Part shown: piece by piece, positions 11,129 through 23,047 of the stretch | Layout of the letters: each line of letters begins with the position of its first letter | How positions within the stretch are numbered: the first letter of the stretch is position 1 | Source of the DNA: Styela clava | Lineage: Eukaryota | DNA length: 64,000 bases | Direction of reading: 5' to 3' | NCBI RefSeq assembly: GCF_964204865.1 | Contig: NC_135255.1 | Location: 6,262,001-6,326,000 of the forward strand | Position numbers and translations under genes: made by a program | The notes under the pieces: generated by a model | The model's input: only the letters and a program-made list of their open reading frames with translations | What the model was told of the DNA's origin: nothing | The model's database searches: none

Positions 11129-14100
11129 ATGTCTTATATCGCTCCTTGTCAGGTTATTAGGTATTTAATAAGTAAAGCATCCATGATTGCTAAATTATCA
11201 GAAATTCTTCATGCTAATAAGCATATTATCCGAGGAGCGATTGCCGGAATACTCTTTGGATTCGTGTATAACTACGGTCGAATGGGATGTCTGATAGGAC
11301 GGAATGCGTTAGAAGAGCTGTATAAAACGTAAGTAAAATATTATGCAATGGTATATATATATATATATATAGATAGGAAATGACTGGGCCCTTTCACATG
11401 ATTCGTTAGCAGTTATTACCACAGACAACATTGTCAAGAAACTGATGACAAGGGTACGCTTCCATTTATCATAATTTGCACCAATATTTCACCACGGTAT
11501 ATAGGCTATACTTTATATATATATTTGGTAAAAGTTTTCCTAAATTCTTTTTAAAGTCCTGTTTTGTGATAATGATTGAATTGAACATTTTTTTACCTTT
11601 TTTGCAAATTCAAGAATCGTCATTTAGCTTTGGAACTGTAATCAAAATAATTATACAATGCCACCAGCACCTGCAAAGCCTTGGTAAACTGTTTTTACTT
11701 GAACGACCTCTAGCTATATATATATATAATATCGGAAAGTATTTGAACATTGAGGAAAGGTTCTTCTATACTCAGGATTTCGCTTTCTCAATTACAAAAG
11801 CGCAAAGAATAAAATAGCTTACATGCGTGTTTGCTCTTACAATATAAAATTAAAGATGTACCGATACTACTTTTATCGCCGATATGATTACGATCCGATA
11901 GCAACAAAAAATGGCGAAACCGATATGCTGATATTTCAAAAAGCCAATATTCCGATACGAATATTTCGATAATATATAATTTTCATTCTGACTGCAGGGA
12001 CAGACAGAATAAAATAGTTATCTGCAAACTATATTCGTAGTGATCATTATTTCAGCCTGGAGAACGGGTATTCCAGAATATAAGAAATTGGTATTTATGA
12101 TTTAAATGCATATATGACGTGTGATTGGAATCAATGCTAAAGTACTTGAATTAATAGCATAGTAAATTGCTTTGCAACATAGTACTTATGCAAAAGTGGC
12201 AGTTTCTATGGTAAATGAAAACGTGGCGCTATAATACCCGTTTAAATTGCTAGGGTGGGGAGCGTTCGTTACTCAATGGCCAGACCGAGCAGTACGCTTG
12301 TACACAATCACCGACTATAGTATACTATTCAATAACTGTGAAAAAAAATTCAGTTATCATATCACCATCCATATGAACCTACTAACTTTTAGAACAAGGT
12401 CTATTTGGAATAAGACATCGAACATTTGCTTTTCCCATGGTATACATGAGCAGGTAGGTTCCATTACATTTGAACCCACGTACATTTGAACCCATGACAA
12501 TTGCACCTGTATGCCATTGCACCTATGGAATTTTTTTTGTTTCACGGATAGTTAAACCCATACTAACCCTAACCCATGGGTTTTAGCACCCGCAAATAGA
12601 TTGAACCCGTGGATATACGCATGGGTTCAAATGTACATGGGTTCAAATGTACGGTCACCGAGCAAGTAGACTCCTGGTTCAAGCGGGATACGTAAGACAC
12701 TTGCGACAATTTTATATAAGATTACATTTTGTGATTCAAAAAAATTAACAAAATGTAAGTACCGGCGCGGTTTCAACAAGATAGAGAGGTAACGTGGTAG
12801 CGCGATAGTGCGTATACACAGTCAGATTCGAAAATCGTTCCGCGTATAGGGTAAGTGATTAGTGATAAAATACATTCCAGAGTGCGAGCACAATTCTAGC
12901 TTTCCCGGAAACTGACGGGTCGATTGGGACGAAATTTGGCACGTAATTTTGGGCTGGTTTCCACGTGACCCAATAATTATTTTGTTGCAATTGGACCAGA
13001 AAAGTTTTTTGTGATTTGGAGGCGGATACTGGTTAAATAAGCCATCAATCAAATCACAATCGAATTATTTCGTGATTTAGAAGCTGTTCAGCGTCGTTTC
13101 GGGGATGGGAAAGCGTTTGTCTGATCACTGGCAACTTTTTCGAGTAGTTTTGGCGGTGGGCGCCGTGATACAGAACTGTCATGGTTAGACAATACTTCTG
13201 AATATCGAAGTTAATTAACAAAGTCAATTAATTTTGTCGTTTCGCATGTCTCTTTCTATATTTAGTCCTATTTCGTAAACACTAAGCCTAAATTTTCTTT
13301 AATTTAATAATTTTCATTGCGTTGTCTTCCAACGAGAATCTCATGTGATGGGACAGGCTTAAATTGCGATGGGACAGGAAAATATGTCCCATGAAGAAGC
13401 CTGGTAACGAATGATGATTAACACTTTTGGATTTTGCTCCGGAAAGCTTTGATTTCGCAAAAAAAAACGTTTCAAATTTCTAGTAAGAAATTCGAGATGG
13501 GTCGTTATTAAAAAAAAAATTGTGTAAAGGTCTATAAAGACCCAATATCACACTGCGTACACTCTTAGATCCAGTTGTATTGTAAATGACATTCAATTTC
13601 AGGAACGAGCCGGATATACCAGAAATGTTTTTGCAAAATCTATCAAGCCCAAGTATTCCAACACCAGGAGATGACGGATTTCGACAAATGTGAGTAAAAG
13701 TTGGAGAAATTCTGCTTCATGTTGATTTTGAAAATATTGAATATGACGAATAATTTTTAGAAGCTTTACTAAATTACTTACCAACGTACATCTGGAGAAT
13801 TTATGCATGACTTCTCTCCATCCATCTATCCGTTCTGTTTTTCGCATTTAGGCCATTTAAAAATGCCACGCAGAATACACTTATTTTACTGAAAAGTATT
13901 GAAAGGTAGAAAATTATATTCCATTAATATAGCACGCCCAGACGTTTTATGGGGTCAAAACACTTTCTGAAAATTATTATGGAATTATTACATAACATTG
14001 GCCGATATTTTTGAAAAAAACATTGTAATGGCTGAAATAAAAAGGCGTCTAAGATCAAAGTATTGTCTAATTCAGACCATGGCGACTGAAAGATATTATA

Positions 14101-17100
14101 GATACGAATTCGAAAGAAAAATATTCTATGATATTCATTGTAACAATGGCCTGCTTTGATGTAAAGCGGAGATTCAATGCTCGTTTAACTTGGGGTACTA
14201 TCAGCAATATTGAAGAAAAACGGTGAGTTGCTGTATATGTTACTATTCTGTAAGGCCAATGTGATTTTAAACAAGTGAGCGATGCTTAAATTTATGAAAA
14301 CGGAGACAAAACGGCAAAATACTGAAAAGAATTGCACCGAATGTCATATGAAGATGCGCCCGAGAGCCAATAAATTTATCTCGAGACGCTCATCCTTTAA
14401 TAATAAAAATTCAGGAAATTTGAAACTACGACTCTGGCAACAGGATATTCCAGCAAAATGCCAAATTTGACTACCGGTGTGACTAGGGTTGCCAACCGTC
14501 CTTTATTTTTTAAAAGACAATCCTTTATTTAAGCGTCTCGGTCCTTGTCCTTTTTGGCATTTGAAAAAGATGCCAATTGTCCTTTATTTTTTCCAACGTC
14601 GTTTTGCCCAATAGTCATAGTACTGTGTTTGACATGGTTCTGTTCTTAAAATATCGTCTACGTTTATGTATTTGCAAGTTTTTAATTTCGCTTTGGTTCG
14701 GCTCAAATAGCCGAAAAAATAACAATTTTCATTAACATTGTTTGGGCCAATGTTAAATAAACATTAAATGAAAAACACATGAAGAAGATTGTTTTAATAT
14801 AACTTTTTAGTTTGTATATAATCTTTATTTCATTGTTTTATATTGTTCTTTTCTGCAAGTTACAAGATGATGACGGTAATCTATGTCCTTTATTGAAACT
14901 TTTTATAGTTGGCAACCCTAGGTGGGACCCCACCAGTTTTGACAATATACTGATCGATAGCTCGAATCAAAGAGTCTTTTATCACAGTTACACAACGAAC
15001 TAATCTCAGTTCCATAACACCGCCTTCATTGTCGAGTTTTCTTGATAACTTTTGTTAACTTTAGTACTTTTTTCTCAAGAATCGGCGTGATATTTGTCGT
15101 CGGAGATGGTATAACGACCACTCATAATAAAGTGTTGAATGATGAAAACAACATTTATGGTGACATATTGCAGACTAACACCAAGCAAAATGATAAACAA
15201 AAATCAATTTTGGTAAGATTTTTGATTTTCTAATCATGAACCATAGCAGCAGTTAAGTTATACGTTCGTGTTATAATTTCAGTCCGCTGTTTACTATATA
15301 TGCTCATAATTTTTTTCAGTCTCATATAAACGGTCTTCCGGAAAATCATATGTTCGAAAGTCACGTGAATAGACTTTAATTTCTTCAAAATATTGCTCTC
15401 TAGAGTGGAGGCCATTTATATTTCATCTAGGCAATGCAAAAATATGGATCGACAAGCTAAAATTTAATTTTTGTATTTCGAGTAATTTATTATAATCCGG
15501 GGTTAGTCTCCGTAGCGTTTGACCCGTTTCGAAAATTTGATCGATTCATGTTTTGTGTTCATGCAGTATTATTAAAATACTGCACTGTAAATAAACTTCT
15601 GTCAAACATATTGCGAACCACGGCCTTGCCTATGGTTAACAAGTCGGGTATGGGGATAATTAAGCCAGTTATTTGTTTGGGATGAATGGAATTGATGGCG
15701 AAGGAAGCCGTTATAGACCAGCGGTTAGGTGGACCACCCAACGACAGCAATCCTTTCACACAGAATTACCCCCCAAGGGATGCGGACTCTTGCAGGGTAA
15801 TCAGAAGCGTATTCTTGGGACTCTTGCAGGGTAATCAGAAGCGTATTCCTAACGCTTTGCACGACGCGTCAATCGATTTGAAACAGATATTACATGGATT
15901 CCGAATGTACCTGCAAAATTAAATATGGCCCCATTCATGAGTTATGGTCGGATTTGGAATCGTTAATCTTGAACTATTATTTTTTAGCTATTGTCTGGTT
16001 ACCAATGGATAATCCAAAACTTGTGGGGACGAACTGAATATGTTATTAACATGGACAGTACCATTTTCCCATACCTTCCAAATTTATATGAATATATTAT
16101 GAGAATAGAAAAATATCAAAAACAAAATCTTATTCACTGCGGGTTTGGAATGAAAAGACCTCGACGTAAACCCAGGTAAGATAATTTCAATTTAACTTCA
16201 TTAACATGCCTAACATGCCCGTGATTCCAGGTTATTATGGGTAGTTCTCGCGTCCTGGACCTGGTCGGTGAAACATCGAACCCACTCTTTTCAGCTCATC
16301 AGTGGTGTATTAATGAGTAAATTTTTCAAAAGGCAAAGATGATAAATATGTGTGGTTGATGTGGTTCAAAGGTTTGTAAAAAAAAATAAAAAATAAAATA
16401 AAAAAAGCTACTGGAATTTTAATAGACCCATAGACATTATATTTTAGGAGCTATCTAATTTTTTGTTTATATATATATATATATGCCAACTAAAGTGTCA
16501 CTGCTGTAATAATAATGCCCATATTTGTGTTATTATTAGGATAATAGTTTATCATAATATTAACATAATAGGTAATAGTAATAATAACATAACATGATAA
16601 TAGTTTAGCGTAATAAATATAGAGTGCAATAGCATTATATATATGCGTCCGAAGATTATGTAAATTAGCTTCACTATCTTTTTTTTTTCTAGGGATCCAA
16701 GTTTTCCGAACTATGTGTACTTGAATGATTATAACAAACCATTTTTTCCGTCTCACTGTGAATCAAATCTTGTTGTTTCATCTTTCGATATGATTCGAAA
16801 TCTTTACGGAACGGGTATTCTTACGAAAATGACTGAAGTAGGTCCAGACGTTCACATTTGGGGCATCTTGAGGGAGAAAATTCGTAAAAACCAACAACAG
16901 GAAAAGATGAACATCATAAGTCCTGAGGAATTTCTCAACACAAGTGACGCAAAAATTATTCTTCCATTAGCTTTTCAAATTCCATCTTTAATTACAAAGG
17001 GCAAAAACCCTTACAACTCATACTGGAATAGAACAAAATCTGGGTTCCTCATTAGCGACTCAGAAACCGTCAAAAATAACAATAAAGAGAACCGTGTCGT

Positions 17101-17197
17101 ACTGAGGAAGGCAAATTTGAGTGATAAAACCACGGCTGATAAAGACTTTAAATCATTTGTTTATAGGTGGAACCGATTGCCTATGAGAATTGTATAA
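11129..17197 (+). CDS. GT31 beta-1,3-galactosyltransferase-like protein A with degenerate catalytic motifs; 6 exons, ~419 aa
   Basis: Exons 11129-11328, 13603-13689, 14076-14222, 15080-15212, 15988-16175, 16693-17197, all GT-AG and phase-consistent (1260 nt, no internal stop). TM IIRGAIAGILFGFVY. GT31 hallmarks RRFNARLTWG, VIFVVG, ENNIYGDILQ, IHCG, FPSHC and DVHIWGILREK. The DDD position reads NMDST and EDV reads PDV. The start could instead be the ATG at 11183. Confidence 0.85.
12457..12659. mobile_element. Mutator/Foldback-like MITE in intron 1 of GT31-A
   Basis: Modular inverted repeats TACATTTGAACCC.../...GGGTTCAAATGTA. 9-bp TSD GAGCAGGTA (12448-12456) / GAGCAAGTA (12660-12668). Internal CTAACCCTAACCC. 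Confidence 0.75.
14484..14920. mobile_element. hAT MITE in intron 3 of GT31-A
   Basis: Perfect 13-bp TIR TAGGGTTGCCAAC / GTTGGCAACCCTA. 8-bp TSD GGTGTGAC / GGTGGGAC. Internal GTCCTTT repeats. Confidence 0.85.
15605..15870 (-). mobile_element. SINE family copy
   Basis: Shares GAACCACGGCCT and AAGCGTATTCCTAACGCTT with 46850-47055, and GTCGGGTATGGG (reverse complement CCCATACCCGAC) with 17290-17430 and 18425-18525. Contains an internal ~34-bp tandem duplication at ~15785-15850. Confidence 0.7.
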
Positions 17198-17289
17198 TAT
17201 ATATGCTTGAAGAACCTGAAATATTTTTATAATATAACGCGTCAGAGGCGATGTAACAACTCTAAACTGTCAATAACGCTGTAGCTTTC

Positions 17290-17430
17290 GAAAGCAAATA
17301 ACTGGCTAACTAATCCCATACCCGACCTGGACTAGTAACCGGACGGGAGGCCGTGGTTTGCCATATGATTAAGCCGTTTCACCGGTTTCCCTAATCCCGG
17401 GATAAATAGGTAAGCCCTATCCTATCCTAG
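17290..17430 (+). mobile_element. SINE 3' fragment downstream of the GT31-A stop
   Basis: ATAACTGGCTAACTAATCCCATACCCGACCTGG...GGCCGTGGTT...(CCTAT)n tail, with matching copies elsewhere in the window. Confidence 0.7.
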
Positions 17431-17830
17431 TTGTGCCTAATTTAGTTACTTTTTTATGCTAATACCAACCTGCATCAGCTAGGTGTCGCTGCTTGAAGAT
17501 CTCTCTAGGAGTCTAGGTTCCTCGCGACTCCGTCACACATTAACACGATCAGTATATTTTATTTGTCGTTATACAGTTTCTATCTGCTTGTTTTTTGTGA
17601 TGACAAATAAAAGATTGATTTCTGTTGCCTCTGTATCAGCCTAATAGGATTGTATCGAGACTAGATAATTAACCTATGTATATATGATCACGAGAGCGGC
17701 AGAGAAGACATTTTAAAAAGATTTAGAACAATAATCACAGCTCAATCATGACCGATTTGACGTAAACAGATTTAAACTGTTACCTAACACGTTTGCAGTG
17801 AGTTTGTTTAACATAGATTTGACGTGTAAA

Positions 17831-18225
17831 CATTGGCGTATCTGACATAAAGGGGTGCATGGCCCCTCAGGCCAATTTTGTCACATTTTTATTGCAATCC
17901 TGTATGCAGTAAGACATAAATTAATACGCATTTTTCATCACCATTTTGCTCTATTTTTGAACAATTTATTGAAAACCGGACGTTTCCTGGCTTGCTATCA
18001 ATAATCCTTTCACCAAATGAACCAAACGGATAACGGATGCCTTGGATAACTTTGACAGTGAAGTAGTCTGAAGGGCGATTCTTTGAGATATTGTTAGATA
18101 TCAGTGGCTACTTTATCTGGCTTTGTTCGGAGCCAAAGGCACGAGTGAGCGTCGTGTTACGTCATTATACAAAAAATAAAATTTTGCTCCCCCTCCCGTG
18201 GCCAGGTGGGCCGCCGTACGCCACG
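17831..18225. mobile_element. Probable old hAT MITE
   Basis: Ends CATTGGCGTA ... TACGCCACG with GC-rich subterminal blocks. No TSD recognisable. Confidence 0.4.
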
Positions 18226-18424
18226 TTCGTGTTGTTATTGGACACGAGGTCTTGATGGACGTGGAAATTGTTTGGTATTTTGTTGTTGTTGTTGTTATCG
18301 TTCTTCTAGTTTTCATTCATATATGTTCGTGTGTGTAATATTGGTAAACTCGCATACACAATAACTGTATATCGTCATGCAAGAATTCGCAAATAATTCA
18401 AACACAGGTGTGTGTGTGTGGTTC

Positions 18425-18525
18425 ACGCAATCGCTGGCCGATTACGGCTTCCTCCACCATCAAGTCCATGCCTCCGAAAACATATAACTGGCTATCAAGT
18501 AACTAATCCCATACCCGACCTGGTA
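18425..18525 (+). mobile_element. SINE internal fragment
   Basis: ATAACTGGCTA...AACTAATCCCATACCCGACCTGG is shared with the 17290-17430 copy. Confidence 0.6.
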
Positions 18526-19544
18526 TTTAAGAGTCTGGAACACATAAAAATTGAACGAAATTATCAGCGCTAAAAAGTACTTGACTTGACACCACTCTAT
18601 TGCAAATGAGTATTTAGTTAGGACGAACGAAACACGCAGTCATCTCGTGAACCAAATTACAATTATTCTCAATATAATATCTATATCTTAAGATAGACTT
18701 TTCGTGTTAGTACTGGTACAATTATTGAAGTCCAGATATGCACAACTCTTATAGCCAAGTCGCCGGATTTTAGTCCATTATTATGTTTTAATAAACCTCA
18801 TCCCATGGTGAGTATAAATATCTTGACCCACCACAAAAAATAAAATCCATGACCAAATGATTTTTCTACAAAATATAATATATTTATTTATTCAACTATT
18901 ATTTTTCACATATTAAACCAGTTGCATACACACATTCAGAATACAATATTTCTGATCAATTAATTGTAAATAAAAAATAAGAAGAAATAGAAGGGTGCTG
19001 TTAAATAAATTAGGTTAGAGGAAAATTAGGATAGACGTTTTTAGATGTAATTTATCAAAATTGAATTTCCATTAAACATGTTTTGTTAAACATCAAAAAT
19101 TTTAATAGTTATGATATTTTTACAATTCTTCCCATATAACAATATTTCATGTTTATATAATAACCAGTAATACTGTGATATATCCAAAATTTTATTTCAT
19201 ATAACTTAAAATGGAATATTAGTTCAAACAATTCGTTGTAACTAAAAAATATATAAAAAACACTTTTGTAAAAATTATTCTCATGTAGGCTAATTAGAAA
19301 TTCTAGAATAGTCCAGTATTCTAAAATTCAATCCTCCAATTAATTTCAATTTTGAAGATTCAAGATGGAAAAAGTATGTTACAAACCTGAATTTCGACAT
19401 ACGTTAGGAATTCACTATGGAAATGGCAAATTTTATAGAAAAAAAATAGTTTTAGTTGTTATATGTTGAATTCTTTAATATAGAACCTTTTTAATAACAA
19501 TTAACTCATATAAAATGAATTTTTTCGACATCCTTAAATGTAGT

Positions 19545-21722
19545 TTATTTATTAAGAATTGTGTTTTGTAAATTTGCAACTTCCTGCTTTGTCTGTTCCA
19601 AAGCACGCTGAGCTTGCCTTGATGCTTTTAGCGACTCTTCTCTGACAACTCTGTATTTCTTTTCAATCTCATTCAAAAGGCTATCTGCTTCAAGCTGTAA
19701 AGTCTTATCCGTTTTATCATTTAATGCAGTAATAAGTGGAAGTTCCATTGCAGCAGCAGGTCTATCTCTCATCCTAGATAATGCATCGTTCAATTTTTTA
19801 GATTTGTTGAGTTTGGAGTTGGGTTTCGGTTGTGACCTCACGTCATGTTTTAGTCTCTCTACTGTTACGATTGAATTGTCTTGATATTTAAATTTTCGCA
19901 GCCGTGCTTCAGGAGGTGCTGTTACGGATGTAACTGCCAGTGGGTGATGGAGGATTTGCCTGAGCATTTTTACATTACCCTGAATCGAGAGATTTTCATG
20001 GATATCTGGGTCAGGTTTTGCATCCTGTAAAAACTCCTTCATAATTTGAGACTCTGTTTTAACAATTGGCTTTTCTGTAACCGAATTCGATTTTTCTGTT
20101 GTCTTTATGGTCTGCTTATCTTCAACAACCTCTTCTCCATACTCATCTTGTACTTGTGTAAGGAAAACGTTGTCTTGATCAGATTCTTTATTTGGCAAAT
20201 GACACTTATCAGCAAAATTTTCCCGTTGTACTGGATCAGGATTTTTGTCTATAACAGGTGGACGAGGAACATGTCCAATTGCTGGTTTCCGAAACTCTTC
20301 TAACATCACATCAAACGGATGTTTCATGATTTTAGGTACACGAGAAGAAACTCTACGCCTATCATGATCAGGAACTCTCAATGCTGGTTTCATTACAGGG
20401 GCCCTGGGTTTGAATCTCATGATACTTATACCAAGCCTATTGTGTAAGTAATGTGATAGAAGAGGTGGTTCACCTTTGCTATTGTTTATCAATGGATTTC
20501 CATGTAATACAAGAGCTTGTAGTGCTGGCCATGCCGCAATAGCAAGAAGATGTTCTTCTTCTGAGATTTTATTATTCGCAAGACTTAAAATACGAAGATG
20601 TTGAAACGGCGGAGTAGAAGACGATGTATTGTTATAAGATGAAATATCTGTTGTTGCGGCAGTATCCTTGTCATCAACAATTTGCAGTTTCTCAGATAAA
20701 TCTTCTTTCTTTTCTGAAGTCTCTTCATCCAACCCCAAAGGCTTAATAATTCCTGATATTGTTTCATTGGAAATTTGTGATTTATTTTTACCACTTTTAC
20801 TTGAAGGCCTAGAGCGATTACTCAATTTCACACTCGTGGGTCTTGATTGCGAATGGGAATGAGCTGCTGATAGCACCCTCTCTCCAACTACTTTAAGATA
20901 AGGCACAAGAGTTATTTCGTTTTTATCAAGATTGAGCTCTCTCAAACTAGGCAGTGCTGCAAGGGCCGCAAATGTTGACATATCATGCAATCGATTGTCA
21001 TCTAACATAAGAACTTCAAGGCTTTGAAAACGAGTATATGTTTCATCACTATCTTCATCGAGAGAAAAAGGCTGACAAAGGTCTGGATGAATTTGTGACA
21101 GTCCATTTCCGGTCAATGTTAGTACTTTGAGTTTAGGTAAATATCCAAGTGAAAGCATATCACTGGCACTTAGATTATTATAAGACAAATCCAATACTTG
21201 TAAAGTGGCAAAATCGCCAGGTTGTATACCAATGTTTCGCACACCATTTACTGGCATTTCTAATTCTCTCAAATTTGGGAAAGTTGAAAAAGGTCGCACA
21301 GTGAGAAGATTTTCAGCTGCATTAACATAAGCAACATTTTTAAATTTTGAGAAATCTGAGGTCTCGTCAAATTCCAAATCACAGTCACTGATATTAACAC
21401 TGCACAAATCATTGATAGAATCAACATGGTGATGTCTCAACAAAAATTCTGTAGTAAGATTGTTGACAAACTCGGATCTTTTGCCTGGTGCTGCAAGTGA
21501 TCCTTTTTCATCACCATCAATGTAATTCTGTTGTTGAATTTGGCTAACATCTTTTTTTGGGGGTTTCGGTTTGAATTTGCGACTTTGTTCATGAGCATAT
21601 GCTACAATCCATGAACCAGTTCCCTCGTGTGTAATTCTTGATATACCTCTTGCTGGAAAACAGTTCACAGCAAAGGTGCTATCGTCTTCAAGCTTCCAAA
21701 TAGCACTTGCTGGTGCCGCCAT
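19545..21722 (-). CDS. XRRA1: X-ray radiation resistance-associated protein 1 (LRR protein); intronless CDS, 725 aa
   Basis: The N-terminus WKLEDD...NCFPAR...EGTGSWIV, FLLRHHHV, DLCSVN, YVNAAENLL and the LRRs match XRRA1 as I recall it. First ATG is at 21722 (the track starts at GTG 21740). A minus-strand acceptor at 21777-21776 and a candidate donor at ~22845 imply a 5'-UTR intron. Confidence 0.92.
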   Translation of the reverse strand: MAAPASAIWKLEDDSTFAVNCFPARGISRITHEGTGSWIVAYAHEQSRKFKPKPPKKDVSQIQQQNYIDGDEKGSLAAPGKRSEFVNNLTTEFLLRHHHVDSINDLCSVNISDCDLEFDETSDFSKFKNVAYVNAAENLLTVRPFSTFPNLRELEMPVNGVRNIGIQPGDFATLQVLDLSYNNLSASDMLSLGYLPKLKVLTLTGNGLSQIHPDLCQPFSLDEDSDETYTRFQSLEVLMLDDNRLHDMSTFAALAALPSLRELNLDKNEITLVPYLKVVGERVLSAAHSHSQSRPTSVKLSNRSRPSSKSGKNKSQISNETISGIIKPLGLDEETSEKKEDLSEKLQIVDDKDTAATTDISSYNNTSSSTPPFQHLRILSLANNKISEEEHLLAIAAWPALQALVLHGNPLINNSKGEPPLLSHYLHNRLGISIMRFKPRAPVMKPALRVPDHDRRRVSSRVPKIMKHPFDVMLEEFRKPAIGHVPRPPVIDKNPDPVQRENFADKCHLPNKESDQDNVFLTQVQDEYGEEVVEDKQTIKTTEKSNSVTEKPIVKTESQIMKEFLQDAKPDPDIHENLSIQGNVKMLRQILHHPLAVTSVTAPPEARLRKFKYQDNSIVTVERLKHDVRSQPKPNSKLNKSKKLNDALSRMRDRPAAAMELPLITALNDKTDKTLQLEADSLLNEIEKKYRVVREESLKASRQAQRALEQTKQEVANLQNTILNK

Positions 21723-21919
21723 GATGAACTTTAAATACACTAACTTGAATTGAGAACTTAATTCACATTGTGTCTCTGTATATAAAACTCACAATTATAT
21801 AATGTACTATTTTAAATCCAAAAATCAAAGTTGAAGACTGAATTTTGCATCTTAATTAACTAAGGATTTCAAATATTAAAAATAATCTAATTTAACGAAG
21901 AAAAAAATGTTACCATAGC

Positions 21920-22110
21920 ATTTGAAATTTTTTTAGCAAAAAACGCAATTTTGGTCATGTGACGACTGACGCACAGTACGATTGATTTAAATTATTACAG
22001 AGACAAGCTTGGTTCGATCTGCTGCCATGCAGACGCCCTCGCTTCAGAAATGAATAAACGTTTGTTTTATTGAACCAAATGTCAGGACATCTTGGAATCG
22101 GAGAACTGTC
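21920..22110. repeat. Second copy of the repeat at ~695-885
   Basis: Colinear blocks TTTTTAGCAAAAAACGCAATTT, ATTGATTTAAATTATTA, GTTTTATTGAACCAAATGT and TTGGAATCGGAGAACT. Confidence 0.85.
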
Positions 22111-23032
22111 CCCTTCTGTAATATGATCCATATTATGATTTTACTGCACCAATGGCAAATTTTACTGAAATTATTCCCATACACTTTATTCTTGAAATAC
22201 CATAGGACTTTTTCAAAATATCTTCAAGTTTATAATTCATTCCAGTCAAATTTTCTTTGAATTTAATAATTTGTTAGTCCTTATGTCTGTATGTAAGTTG
22301 TTATGATAATTATATTATACAGAAGAAATATTAAAATTTTGATTCAATCTGTATCTGCACATCATTGAGATGGGGTTAGTTTTTTTATGAGACGTTTCCA
22401 TGACATTGCTCAAAACAATTTTCCATAAAAGCAGTTACATAAATGGGCTGCTACTGAGATTTGAAATATCAGAAATTTCTTAGCCCAGCATATTTTTTAC
22501 ACCTCCTGTGATATGGTAAGTTGGGTTCATTTGCTGGTTCCTCCCGAACATTGAATCTCTTTTATTTGATAGCTCTAATATGGAAGACATTATAAACATT
22601 CATACAAAAGAATATATTTGTTGTGATAAATGATAAAGATCAGATATATTCAAGCAATAATCATACATATCATTAATAGGTGAAAATGTGATATAGTTGA
22701 TGTATACAATATACAGATATATGAAGAAACTATGACAAACACTGATGTTTTTTTTTTATAGGCATCTGCCTAAGCCCTAAACTAAAGCCTAGGATGTTTA
22801 TTGCTACACATACAGAATAGTTTAGAATTGTTATTTGAAGCTCACAACAACTTGCTCCTCAAGTATACACAGCCTATATATTTCATTTCAAACATAAATG
22901 ACAAAAACGGGGCTAATAGACTGGCTATTTTCTATATATTTAATGTCTTCTGCTACAAACAGACAAATGCTAGCGAGCTTGTTAGTGAAGTCGTTTCGGC
23001 ATGCGAGCGCCATTAAGTGACAAACATACATG

Positions 23033-23047
23033 GTTGCTAATGGAAAT
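23033..23047. promoter_or_regulatory. Candidate RFX X-box upstream of XRRA1
   Basis: GTTGCT-AAT-GGAAAT, with further half-sites (AGCAAC ~23065, GGCAAC ~23121, GGTAAC ~23163) just beyond the putative non-coding first exon. Confidence 0.5.

Noticed and set aside
12560-12576. Telomeric repeat CTAACCCTAACCC
   Set aside because: Only two units, internal to a MITE with a 9-bp TSD.
20046-20862. ORFs overlapping XRRA1 (and 8355-8708 antisense to the sialyltransferase)
   Set aside because: Shadow frames of real CDSs with no independent motif.
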